64,000 nt of DNA from contig NC_045711.1 of the NCBI RefSeq assembly GCF_009834535.1, forward strand, positions 37,138,001-37,202,000, in the 5' to 3' direction. Positions 35,853 to 47,373 of the stretch are shown here, one piece after another (position 1 is the first letter of the stretch; each line of letters opens with the position of its first letter). This DNA comes from Camelus ferus. Taxonomy: Eukaryota. The notes beneath the pieces were generated by a model. It had not been told where the DNA came from. It searched no databases and saw nothing but the letters and a program-made list of their open reading frames with translations. The position numbers and the translations under genes were made by a program.

Positions 35853-38800
35853 TGCTCAGCTGCCCAGGTCCGAGCAGCGTCTTGGCCATTTGGAGCCCTT
35901 TGGAGGCAGGAAGAAAGCTGGTCTCACAGCTGTAGGCAGGTTTTCGAAAACCCAAATGTGCGCCACCCAGAGGTGTGCCTCTGACTGCTGTGGCAGTGCC
36001 CTTTAGGGGCTGGAGCAAGGCCATGGCCACTCAATAGCTGTCTGATCTTGGCCAACTCAGGAACCTTCTCTGAGTCTCTATTTCCACATCTGTAAAATGG
36101 GACTCTACATACTCACTTATAAGGTAGTTATGAGGAAAAAAATCATGAACCCTGGTCTCAGCAGGTGCTCCACAAGTCATAGCTTTCATTTAATAACACC
36201 TACTGGGTGCTTTACCTGTTTCTATGTTGGCATATCTGTGTTGGGGTGGGCCTGGTGGGGGGTGGGAGTTGGGTCTTCCAGGGGAGCTGCCATGTCCCAT
36301 TGATTCCATTGGGGTTGGGCAGTGACAGTGTAGGCAGGACTCCACAAAAGACAGTAATCTGGCGGTGTGGACAGAATGTGTGTGTGTTGTGGGGAAGCAG
36401 CCAGTGAAGAGAGGCTGGGAGTCAGTGCCATTTGCCCCCAGACTACTACTTGTTTGTGGCTTTGGGTCTTTCAGGGGACATGTGAGAGTTATGTCCCAAT
36501 GTCCTGGAGGAGTCTCAGTAGAGGTTGTTCCCCACCCTGCTTTCTCACCTCCCCGACTCCCCCAGTGGGCTCTGTCCCTCCATCCTTGCCCTTCCCCAGC
36601 TCTACACTTGAGGCCCACAGCTCCACTGGCTTGGGAAGCTCTTAGTGTGTCAACATCTGTCCTGGGTGTGGGTCCCTACTGCACTTCAGCCTGAGGCTTC
36701 CCAGGGACACGACACCCCATCCCCGACAGATAGGGACTTCCTGATGCTAGACCTATGTCTTCTCATCAGACTGGGAGCCCCCTAAAGATAGTGTCTGTCT
36801 CCTCCTTCAAACTCAGGCACCCACAGACAGGAGCCGCTCTCTCCCCTTGGATGGGAGCCACCTGATATGAGAACCCATGGTTCACTGTCAGCTGGGAGCA
36901 CCCTGAGGGCAGGGTTTGTCTCTCCTTTCTGTTGGAAGACGGCTGCCCCAAGCCAGGACAGTTCCTTCTCCCATCCTCAGCCAGGCTCTGCTGGTTAGAA
37001 AAGCCCAACTTCTGTGGCTACAGAATGGTTCCCGGCTGAACCCCCAGACTCCTTCCCCTTCTCTTCCCTGGCCCCTCAGCCATTGGCGGCATCAGCTCAT
37101 GTGAAGGTGACTTCACAGACCCAGGGGCTAGTCTGCTGTGTTGGGGTTAATAAGGTTGGGCACTTGCTCCCCCCATTTCTCCCCACCCAGCCAGTCTCCC
37201 TCTAGCCTGCCCCCCACCTCCCAGCCTCTAACCCTGACACCAGCTCTTTGATTGCATTCCCTGATATGCTCTGCTCCCCACTCCCTTCCATCTCCCTGCC
37301 TGACTGCGTCCCTTTGGGAGGGGGAGAGGCGAGGACCAGATGTGTCCCTGGTGGGGAGAGAGGGCTAGCGGGCAGCCTGTTATTTCCAATCCAGTGACCC
37401 TCCAAACGGACAGGATGAGCCAGGAGAGGCAGGGCTGCGGGCGAGCCGAGGGGACTCCAGGGGTGAGTTGGAAAACACAACCATGGTCTCCAGGCCGCTG
37501 AGGGTGACTCTCGCCCCTTCCTCCCGCTACAAACTTCATTGCAAGCCCTCCTGGGTCCCTCTTCACAAAAGAACCATAGAGGAGGGGAAGACAGCCAGGA
37601 TCCTAACCAAACCTAGCCGAGAGCCAAAGGGACATTCTGGGGAACTTGGAGGCAGATGAGCAGGGAGATATCTGGGAGGCAGTACACCTAAATTAGCAGC
37701 TGCCAAGGAGGTTCCGCATGAAATCCCCTATGGGAGCCAAGCCGATGGCTGGTGGTGGGGAGGACCCAGTGGAAAAAGCCCAGTCCTCTCCTCTTGACAG
37801 ATTCCAACACTGACGGAGGTCTGGGTTTACACTCAGGTGACAAGGACTCCATCCTGAGTCTCTGTGTGATGGGACCATGTCTTGTTCTGTGTCTGCAGCT
37901 CCTGGCACTGAGCCTGATTCTCTGAACTGGGCAGGAATTTGGGCCCCAGGGTGGAGTCCAGACATGAGCTATGGGGCCTGGTGTTGGTGCAAAGAACCTG
38001 GAAGAGAGAACTTCTAAAGTCCCAGAAGTGGAGAGAGGGGCTCTGCCCAGGGCCCCAAGGTGGAAGAAGCAGGCTGAAACGGAAGGGGGCCTTGGAGCAG
38101 GCGGACCCACAGTGGATGGGGGAACCATTGATTGCCGCCTCTCACGGATGACTCTATGTGAGAACAATCCAATCTCAGAGCCTCATCGCTGCCCACGGAG
38201 GTCAGCTGGGAGCTTGGCTGTCAGCTCGCTGCCCCCCTCAGCCCCTGCCAGCTCCCCGGACCAGCCAGGCTTCCTCCCCTCAGCCCGACCTCCCGTGATT
38301 GAGGGCAGGAGCCACACGTGCTTAACTTCATCGGCAGAGTCTTTGTGCATTTAATGGGTCACTGGAGAGCACATTTTGCACCACGAAGCCACAAATGTTT
38401 GCTGAGCGGATGGCCGACTGCAGAACATCCTTGTCAAGAGTAACCTCCCCTTGCGAGCTGCCCCCAGCCCAAGCGGATTCTGCCTCATGCAGTGGAGCCT
38501 GTGGTGCGAAACTTGCCCTCCTGGCCCTGGTTACCAGCCGCCTTGCCCATCTCCTGCTGCCTCTGTACTTGCAGGGGTGATGGTGACGATCAAATGAGAT
38601 AATATATGTGAAGGCCCTAGGAAATGGGGAAGTTATTCAATTTGAGTCCAACCAGTACTCAGTGAGGCCTCCTGAGGTCAAGGCACCACACCAGGCCGCT
38701 GGGGGCTACAGATGTGAGGCTGTGACTGCTTCTGTGGGAATCGTGGTACACAGGGGAAAAAAACTCATTAAGACTAATTGGAAAGGAGGGCCCTCAGAAA

Positions 38801-39684
38801 GAAATGATGTCTGCTCAATTCTAACGGGAAGCAGGTTGGTGTCATGCACAGATCCAGACCCTCGTCTGAATCCTGGTGCTGCTACTTACCGTCTAACTCC
38901 AGGCATGTTTGGTTAACCTTTGTCTATTTCCTCATTATGCTGCATAAGGTCGTGGAGTTTCGTGAGATGCCTGCAGCTGATGAAAACGCAGCGGTCTCCT
39001 CTCTGCTCCTCCAAAAGGATGTGGAGGAACTGAGTGGGGAGGGCGCCCCAAGTAGAGGGGGAGGCCGCCGCGCCCCTCCACCCAGAGCAGTGAGGACTCA
39101 TTTGAAATTAGCCACATTATTTACACACCACTCACAAAGTGCTAAATGCCTTTAACGTGTTTGTTTTCAGAAGCAAGTTAAACACAGACTCCTGTAATTT
39201 TGTTTACGCTATTCATTCATGCAGCCAGCCACATCTTCCTGGGGAGACAGAGGTAAACTTGGGTTGAATTGTCACAATCCAAGTGACAGGAGAGGAAAGC
39301 CACGAACGGGGGTGGGGAGAGGAGAGTCGGAAGCTGGTGGGAGGAAGACTGCAATGGGTTCAAGCAAGTTGGGGCTTAGCTTGGAGCCTGGGGACCACTA
39401 TGGCTCTTTCCCTGATGGCAGGACTCCAGCAACCCACGCCCAGGCTGTAGGAGGATGGAACAGGCCTCTGGGTGTGATAGCTTCTTTACCCACTAAGGAG
39501 CAGAGGCCCTCAGCTGAGGATGGGGCTGCGGAGTATGGGGCATCCCTAGGCCCAAACCTAAGGCTTCAGGAGCAGGCAGAGGGGAATGTTTTTTAAACCC
39601 AGAAGTTGAGGTCTTGAAGAGTGGGAAGGTGTTGCTATCCTACCAAAGTGTACAGAGAGAGGCACACACCAAGGATGGAGATGG

Positions 39685-39690
39685 TTTATT
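39685..39690 (-). terminator. KIF18B: Candidate KIF18B poly(A) signal
   Basis: AATAAA on the minus strand about 830 nt past the stop codon. Confidence 0.55.
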
Positions 39691-39714
39691 AATCATTATA
39701 ATAAAAAAATATAT

Positions 39715-39765
39715 CTATATCTACACGTGTGTGTATGTGTATATATATATATATAAATGTATACA
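39715..39765. repeat. (TG)/(TA) microsatellite
   Basis: GTGTGTGTATGTGTATATATATATATATA. Confidence 0.7.
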
Positions 39766-40516
39766 TGCAGAAATAAAGGATCAGAGGATATAAACCCAAG
39801 TATTAACACTTCTTATGTCTAGGACCACCAGCATTAAGGCTGAATTTCCCTTTCTTCTTTACATGTCTTTTTACACTGAGTGTGTATCCTGTTTACAAAA
39901 GGGTAAAAACAATAAGCTTATCTTCACGTGGAAATCAAAGCACCACCATCTGCATCATCACCGGGACTGTGGCATGGGGCTGGGGCTCTTGCTCCAGGCT
40001 GGGGGGATGGGGCTGAAGATGCCTGTCTCTCTCTCTTCCTCTCTCCCTCCATCTCTCTCTCGCTCTCTCTCAAACTAGGAAGAGCCAAGCTGGGACTCCC
40101 CCACACCCCCGTCCCATGCTCATCCCACCTCTACTGAAAAGTGGCCATCACTGCACAGAGCCCTGTGTTAGATGGGGATGGGGAATAAAGGCCCCCCAAA
40201 GCCACCTTCCTGCACAGAGAGGGTAATAAACTAGAGAGGAAGGATGGCAGCCCCTTTTAAAATAGCAACACACTAACACACAAATGAATATATACAGGCT
40301 AAGAAGCTGAGTGTAACAAGAGATTGATAAAGAGGGTAAGTAGCAGAATGAGCGGCAGGGGAAAGAGTGTTAATAAAGGAAGAGGGTGTTGGCATTAGCT
40401 GCTCCGAGTTGAGGAAGGTGGGTCAGGGCTCCTGGTGCAGGTGGCTTCAGGGACCTTGGTGGAGCAACTCCCAGCTGACAGTACTCCCCCGACTCCCATC
40501 AGTTCCTCTGGCTCCT

Positions 40517-40551
40517 CTAGTTTCCAGGGCAGTGGGGACTGGAGGGGAGCT
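40517..40551 (-). CDS. KIF18B: KIF18B last coding exon, ELPSSPHCPGN-stop
   Basis: CTGCAG acceptor, phase 1, TAG at 40519-40517. Confidence 0.85.
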
Positions 40552-40766
40552 CTGCAGGCCAGTTAGATGGGGGGAAGCAGGGAGTAAGGAGAAAAGTGAG
40601 GCTGTGTCCCACCATTCCCCATCCATATCCCATCAGTGTCCCTGAGATACTTGGAAGTCCCCAGGTCCTCCTCTCATCTGGGTCTCAGCCCACCCTGTCC
40701 CCTCCTATTTCTGGTTGTCATCAGCCACTGTGGTCCAGACCATCCCTGACCCCAAATGCCAGTCAC

Positions 40767-40870
40767 CTGGGATTGCCAGGGGCCCAGCTGGCCTCTTCAA
40801 GGTGCTGCTGGGGAGGCGGGCGATGCGGCTGCGGCCCCGGGTGACTCCCAGTGACCGGGAGACTGAGGAA
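40767..40870 (-). CDS. KIF18B: KIF18B exon 15, SSVSRSLGVTRGRSRIARLPSSTLKRPAGPLAIP
   Basis: 104 nt, AG/GT flanks, phase consistent. Confidence 0.93.
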
Positions 40871-41356
40871 CTATGGGAGAGAAGGAAGGAAGGTGGGAAG
40901 GTCACAGCCATGCCTCTGGACTGCAGGGGGCTGGGGGTGGGGGTAGAGCTAGACACCAGGCCATGAGAGCAGGGGGAGGCTAAACACCAACAGGAACTCT
41001 CAAGGCCAGACTTGAAGGCAGGATTGGCAGCAGGGGAAGGGGAGCTGAGTGGGGTTTGGGAGGGAAGTAGTGGTGATGGGGTGGGTAGGCCATTCCTTGG
41101 ATTACCCAGTGAACACTGAATGTCTCCCTCATGGAGAGGAGGCCTGTGGCCTTTACCAAAGGAGGGAGACATGCTTCATCTCTAGAATAATCCTATAATA
41201 GCAAGAACCAAGTGAACCTCAGTCAGACAACCAGATACTGGCCCTGCTCACTAGACCCCACTGCTGCTGGATCAAGGGGTCCAGAGACACACACACAGGG
41301 CTGTAGTTGGTCTGGTGAAAGCTCTTTCTCTGCCCCCAAAACTGCCCCAACCTCAC

Positions 41357-41446
41357 CTGACAACACGCTTCTTCTTGCGGGCTGAGGTCCCAGGGAAGGA
41401 GGATGCTGGCTTGGGGCCCTTCATTGTGAACAGAGGCATGGGTCCA
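41357..41446 (-). CDS. KIF18B: KIF18B exon 14, GPMPLFTMKGPKPASSFPGTSARKKKRVV
   Basis: 90 nt, AG/GT flanks; basic KKKR NLS-like patch. Confidence 0.93.
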
Positions 41447-42416
41447 CTGGGGAGGGAGGAAGATGAAGGGAGGCAAATCAGAGGGGAACCAGAAAAGGGT
41501 GCCAGCACCTCCTCCCTCCAGCCCCCGCTTGCAGGGCAGGGAGGTTAGACAAGATGACCTCTGAGGTTTCTTCCCACTAAGAGGCAGATTCCCCTCCCTG
41601 CCTCACTCGGCCTGGGCTGACAGTTGAGTGACAGGCCTGTTCTGGGAGAACATCCAGATGTCAGTTTCTGGCGCATCCGGGGAACTGGAGTTCAAACAAT
41701 TTCACCCTTCCACCTGCCTGGCTCTGAGCTTGTTACTGAAAGGTGATTGGGGCTGTGGGAGGGTTGCTGGGGTGCGGTGGGCATCCTGCTGCCCTTGGTC
41801 TCCCGAGTCCAGGTCAGTCTGCCACTTGTACTTGGCCTTGGACTGTCCTGAGCTAGTCACTGTTCCCCTACCCTCCTGTTCCCCTACCCTGCCAGGTGGG
41901 CAAAAGGCAAAAGTGAGAGCTTAATCTTCTCACTGAAAAATGCTGAATACAGTTTTCTCAGGATTCCCTTCCCAGTTCCAGCTGCTGGGCTGGAGGGTAA
42001 AACCTGGGAGTGGAAGTGGCAGAAACAGGGATTTCTCAGTGGGGCACAGAACTCAGAGCAGGCCCGAGTGATGTGGAGGAACAGAGAGGGCTGGGCTCCC
42101 CTCCACATCTCCTGCTCCCTGCTGACCACCCCCAAGGGGAATCTCTGAGCCACTCATGGGAGTGTCACAGATCAGCATGAAGCTGGTGGCTTTGAAGTCC
42201 AGATAAGGCAGGGCCCCCGAGAGAAGCAACACCTCCACAGGTACTGCATGTTCTGCTCTCCTGGGCCTGGATTCTGGTCAGACCAAGGGAAAGAGATGCA
42301 GAGTCCCAGCTCCAAGTGTGGGGCTGTCTTCCATTCCCTCTGGCAGCACCACTGTTGCACAAGGACCCCTGACTCCCTTAGGGGAGGTCTGCAGGGAGGC
42401 CAGAAGGGAGACCCAC

Positions 42417-42942
42417 CTGGGGATGACGGGCTGGTCCCACCTGCTCAGCACCTGGGGAACACTGTCCCAGCTGATGCATTCGTGGAAACCCAGCTTTGAG
42501 GGGGGCTCCTCGGAGAGATCAAAGGTGGCATTGAGGTCCCGCGTGGGCAGGGCCAGAGGAGTGGAGCAGTTCTGCAGAGCAGAAGGGCCCAGGGGTACCC
42601 GGCTTTTGATGACTGTGGTTGGGCAGCAGTGAGTGGAATGGCTGGACGAGGAGGCCCTTCCTCCTGGGGGAGTGGTGGGCCCGAACGAAGGCTGAGCCTC
42701 AGGCAGGGACCCCCTTCTCAGGAAGGGCAGGAAAGACTGGCGCTGGCGCTTGGTCCCAGGCTTCGGGGCTGGGGAGCTGTCTGGCTCCGAGGGGCTCTGT
42801 CTCCCCCTCTTCTTCTCTGCGGGTCGCCGGGATGCCTGGGCTGGGGTATGGTCAGGCCCAGGCAGGACCCCCAGAGCATGTATGAGGCCACTCATTTGTC
42901 TCGCCATGGTCCGTGTCACGGGGCCAGAGTATCCTAGAGGCT
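42417..42942 (-). CDS. KIF18B: KIF18B exon 13 (short acceptor; alternative in-frame acceptor extends it to 42969)
   Basis: 526 nt, includes [25 protein letters not shown] and DLNATFDL. Confidence 0.95.
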
Positions 42943-43221
42943 CTGGGCAGAGAGAAGGAGGGTGCTGAGCTGAGATCAGGGATTGGCCAGAAGGAAGGAG
43001 AATTTGTAGAATTTGGGGAGAGAGACATGGAGACAGGCAGGAGCCCCTGATTCCTCAGGTCTTCATGACTCCTGGGACTTCTCTGCCGAAGTCCATGATC
43101 CCAGGGGTCTAGTCTCTGACCAAACCATAACCCAGCACCTGAGGCCCCAGCCATCCCTCAGCACCAGCTGGGCCTTGGAAACGGCACCAGGAGGCAGAAG
43201 CAGAGCAGGGCTGAGACTCAC

Positions 43222-43427
43222 TTGACTCTGAACACAGCTCCTGAGCCAGAGGTGGCCCTCTGGCCGGGCCAGGCTCCCTCGAGGCCTCTCCTCCAGGCTC
43301 AGTGTTTTCCTCTTGCACCAGCTGCTGCAGGGTCTCAAACTCTGTGATCATGTCAGGGGTCAGGAGGTTGGCTGCTTGGAGTAGGGAATACTGGCGCTGG
43401 GCCAGGCACAGCACCCTGAGGGCCAAC
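43222..43427 (-). CDS. KIF18B: KIF18B exon 12, LALRVLCLAQRQYSLLQAANLLTPDMITEFETLQQLV...ELCSES
   Basis: 206 nt, AG/GT flanks. Confidence 0.96.
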
Positions 43428-43699
43428 CTGGAACAGAGGGACAGGGATTCCCGCTCTGCCTTAGACCAGCCCAGCCAGGTCCTCTCCGCCGTGCACCGGG
43501 CCCCATTGCTCCAGGTGTGGGGAGAAGCCATGCGGGCTGGCCCCCTGGGTCCCTGCAGCCTTGCCTCATCACCCTCCCAGCCGTGGCTCCCATCTTGCCA
43601 CGACCAAGGCCAAGATGACCACAGGTAACAGAGGGAGGCTTTAGCCACCAAATATGTCCCCTGACAGTACCTGGAAAGCAGGGAAAGGGCATTAAGTGG

Positions 43700-43765
43700 A
43701 CTCAGAAGGTCTGAGTTTCCTCTCAGCTCTGCCACCTACTGGTGCTGTGATCTTGAGTAAGTCTG
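43700..43765 (+). mobile_element. MIR fragment carrying a perfect CTCF motif (43729-43742, minus)
   Basis: CAGCTCTGCCACCTACTGGTGCTGTGATCTTGAGTAAGT aligns to the MIR core GGCTCTGCCACTTACTAGCTGTGTGACCTTGGGCAAGT. Confidence 0.65.
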
Positions 43766-44654
43766 TCTCCCGGAGGGGCAATGGAAGGTAGCAGCGAAGA
43801 GCCAGGCTCAAGGCAAACTAACAGCCCAAATCCCAGCTCCAACATCTCCTAGCTGTGTGAACTTAAATCACTACTTACCCTCAGTGCCCACAGCCCTAAA
43901 ATGAGGACGACAGACACCACATAGGGTCATTGGGACAATGAGATGGATTATTTTACATATAAAGTGTTTAAAGGGTACTTAGCACATACTAAGCACTATA
44001 ATGTTAGCGAATTCTTGTTTTCTACAATAATAATAATACTATCTACCTCGTTAGGATAGGAGGAGATTAAATAAGATAGGCCGTGTTGATCTCAGATCTG
44101 AGGAGACCCTCAAAAATGCATCAGTCTGAGCTTTCCACTTACTGATTGGGATCCTGAAAGAGTATGTGTGTATTAACACACACTTCACATGCACTGAGGG
44201 GCTATTTAAGGGAAATTACGAGGGTAATGCGATTATTGATGTTGTAAATTTAGATTCTAATAAAGAAAATTTCCTTTCTGTGAGGCACACCTATGGTAAA
44301 AGGATAAACACAATTACCTTGGTGGGGATTATTCATGGCCAATCGTTTATCCCCGGGCAGCACTAGCAACCTGGACATCTCTGAGCCCCCTCCTCTGCTT
44401 TCAGTGTGTGCTCAGGGAACACAAACTCATTTTATAAAGCAGCCTCAAGGCCTTTTTGAAAGAAGGCAGGATAGAAATTAAAAAGAGTACAGCAGAAATT
44501 CATTCTATATCTGCGTGCACCACACATTATATGAAGATTAGGCCACTGAGAAAAGTGGGCATCTGAGGAGAAATGAACTGGCCTGGATGTCAGATGACCG
44601 GGGTCTGGCCCCGCCTCTCCCACCCTGTGGCCCCAGCAAATGGGGAGCTGATCT

Positions 44655-44818
44655 ATATCATGGGTTTTCAATTTAGGTTTCAAGAAACTCATCAGAGGAC
44701 ATTTTAGATGGAGCAGCTCTGCTTTATCTGTTCTACATATTAGACCTCAGTATAAGATTTCACTTGAAGAAAGGGCTTTGCTGCTAAAAAAAAAAAATAA
44801 TTCTGAAAAACCACTGAA
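44655..44818. mobile_element. DNA transposon remnant, probably MER102-type hAT-Charlie; related copy at about 47690-47830
   Basis: The two segments share GGAGCARCTCTGCTTT(T)ATCTGT...TGCTGCTAAAA; this copy ends in GAAAAACCACTG; family assignment from memory. Confidence 0.45.
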
Positions 44819-46023
44819 CTGGAAAATCTAAGATCTACTCAGTGCCCTGGTGGTCTAAGACTCTAAATTCAAAAGCCAAAGTGAAATTATTTTTGATTAT
44901 CTGGTTGTCTGGGTGTTTCCAAGTATGGAGATGATCTAGAATGTCCTGCAGCCCCTGATACTTGGGGTCTTCCAGCACATTTTATTTGTATCTATTATTA
45001 GCTCTAAGAAGTAGGTAGAAAAAGGACCATGATGCCCAAATCACAGCCAAGGTTGAAGCAACTTGTCAGAGACCACAAAGCCAGAGGCAAAGCAGAAATG
45101 AGAACCCTGGTGTCCTCTCTCCTCAAAATGGGGGACTCCAGGCAGAGAGACCCTGAGTTATCAGTGGGAGCCCATGGTTGTTCCCTGGGGGCCAAGGGGA
45201 CATCCCGCCAGTGCATCCTTGACACTCCGGGGCCCTGGGGAGTCAGCAGCAGGAGACAGATAATGAGCCGCTGATTATTCAGGCTGCAGCATTTTTTGCT
45301 GAGTCGGGAACAGACACTCCCCGACGAGAAATAAAATTAAACAGGCCCTTCTGTCCGGAAGCTTTAAATACTCTGCCTAGCATAAAGCATGCTGGGGAGG
45401 GAGGGGTGCAAGTTTGGCAGCAGCAAAGCTAAGTGGCAAGGGATTTATGTTCTGAGGGCCAAGGAAAAAAATACGAGCAACACCTCTCTGTTAAGCACCG
45501 AAAGAATAGTCCAAAAGCCATTTCTCTTTTTGGCTTTGGGTGATAGTTTGTATTTACTTCTGAGAAGAAATAGCCACAGCCAATCTGTTAATAAAGACAC
45601 ATGGTGAACACCTGACTCAGGAAGGCTGTCCCTTCTGCAGCTGCCCAGCTTCTCTTGGCTGCTCCCCTCTTGCTAAGTGCGGGCAGCTTGGCCCTCAGAC
45701 TGGAAAGCAAAGCACCAGCCCAGGAACCCTGCCCTAACCCGGCGCTGGCCGACTGCCCGGGTGGAATTTGGTATTTTGCGTCCCTCCTGTTGAGCTGCCA
45801 GCTACAAGGAGTAATAAATAGAGATGGTAAGTAAACAGAGTAGGTGACAATACCAAATTATTGAAAGCAGGTAAGGGACACTATTGATGAAAAAAGACTT
45901 GCCTCTTTAACTAGAGCAGAAACAGAGCTTTTGTGATGTACTTAGCACCAACTCCTGCTCCAAGAGGCCTGGAACCCATTACCTCCCACCTTGGACCCCA
46001 GAGGAGAGAAAGAAGGCACCTAC

Positions 46024-46151
46024 TGCTTAGAACAGTCCCTGCCCAGGTTCTGTGGTAAGAGGTGGTCGACAACTGGCTTGGGCTGCAGGGTTGGGTCACG
46101 GGACCCTGGTGATGGCTGTCTGAGGTTCTGCTCTGGCACTTGGGTTGGAAC
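46024..46151 (-). CDS. KIF18B: KIF18B exon 11, VPTQVPEQNLRQPSPGSRDPTLQPKPVVDHLLPQNLGRDCSK
   Basis: 128 nt, AG/GT flanks, phase 0 to 2. Confidence 0.9.
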
Positions 46152-46531
46152 CTAGAAAGGGAGGGAGTCATAGGTAGAGGGATGAGGACGGTCTCCCTCT
46201 ACGTAAGCAGCTCCTAAAACCTGTCCCTCCTCCAAGAGTGGAAATGACAGCTTCTAGAATGACCAGGTCCTGGTAGAGGATCTCTCTCTCCCCATCACTG
46301 TCCTCCCTCCCTGCTCCCCTTCTGGTAACACACATGCTCTCTACTTCCAGACACATGGATCTGACAGAATAGTTCTTCCTGCACAAGATCTGAAAGGCTC
46401 CTAAGGACTGAGATGTAAGACATCTGGGTGGAGAACCCAGGACTGAAGGGACCTGTGAGTTGGGGCGAGGGTGGGGACGACACATCTCTTCCAAGAATTT
46501 CTTCCAATATTCCATGAGCTCCAAGTCCTAC

Positions 46532-46718
46532 CTCCGCAGCTGGGCCTTCATCCTTGTCCTCTAGGGGCTGCTCCCTGTCTGAAGAGTTCCTTTCCACGAC
46601 CTTCTCCACTTGGGCCTCTGTCCCCAGGCTTTCCTCTTGAAGGACCACTGACCCTGGGCGGAGCTCTGGGGTGCAGGGCTGGCTGGGAAGGCAGGATGGT
46701 GAGGGGCAGCTGGGAAGG
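46532..46718 (-). CDS. KIF18B: KIF18B exon 10, LPSCPSPSCLPSQPCTPEL...DEGPAAE
   Basis: 187 nt, AG/GT flanks. Confidence 0.93.
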
Positions 46719-47105
46719 CTAAGAGGGGAAGGAGAGATTTGAGAGGCAGGAAGCAGGGTCAGGTGGGCAAAGCAGGGAAGGGGCAGGGTCTCTGTGGTTC
46801 CCGGTGGTACAGAGTCCATAAGTGGGGGGTGCTTGGGTAACACATGGGCAGTAGCTGAGGGTGGGAGAAGGAGTCAGGGATTTTCTGGTTTAGGAAACAT
46901 TGAAACCCATCCCTTAACTGCACCTTGTTTTGAATAGGAGCTTATAGGAGTTGGGGTGTGATTTACTCCTCTGACACAGAGCATTCTAGGTGGTAATCGG
47001 GGTGCTGGGCACTGAGTGGGAAGCCCTAACCCCAGGTGCCAGGACAGAAGCAAGGAATCCTAGCCCTCCAGAAGCTGGAGAAAGGATGAGCAAGGCAGAA
47101 CTCAC

Positions 47106-47206
47106 AGCTGATGTGCAGGGCTGGATTTGGGGGACTGTGGGAGGTCCTGCTGTGGGACCTGGGCTCTTGCCTCATATACTCGGAGTTTCTCCCTCAGGGT
47201 GGCCAC
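47106..47206 (-). CDS. KIF18B: KIF18B exon 9, [33 protein letters not shown]
   Basis: 101 nt, GTGAGT donor. Confidence 0.93.
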
Positions 47207-47373
47207 CTGGAAAGAAGCAGCCCAGCCCCCCCCCCCAGAGCCCCAGGTGAGCACAGGAGGTGAAGAGCAGGCAGAGGGCCCTGGCCACACTCCAGTGCTT
47301 CCGTCTCTCGCTCTCCTGCCCCTGAGCCTGGGCGCCCTGCCTCCCAGCCAAGATCCCCAGGCGGGCTCCTCAC

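Noticed and set aside
37801-37836. Isolated plus-strand exon-like segment (pyrimidine tract plus CAG, then CAG/GTGACA)
   Set aside because: No partner exons, promoter or coding signal; such pairs arise by chance
37688-38354. Overlapping 127-159 aa ORFs between GFAP and KIF18B
   Set aside because: No recognisable domain; expected in GC-rich DNA
42240-42254. GRE/ARE-like GGTACTGCATGTTCT
   Set aside because: An 11/12 match has a rough chance expectation of about 0.3 per 64 kb; no supporting context
42278-42416. ORF continuation [16 protein letters not shown] beyond KIF18B exon 13
   Set aside because: Read-through past a good GTGGGT donor; exon 14 continues the protein in phase
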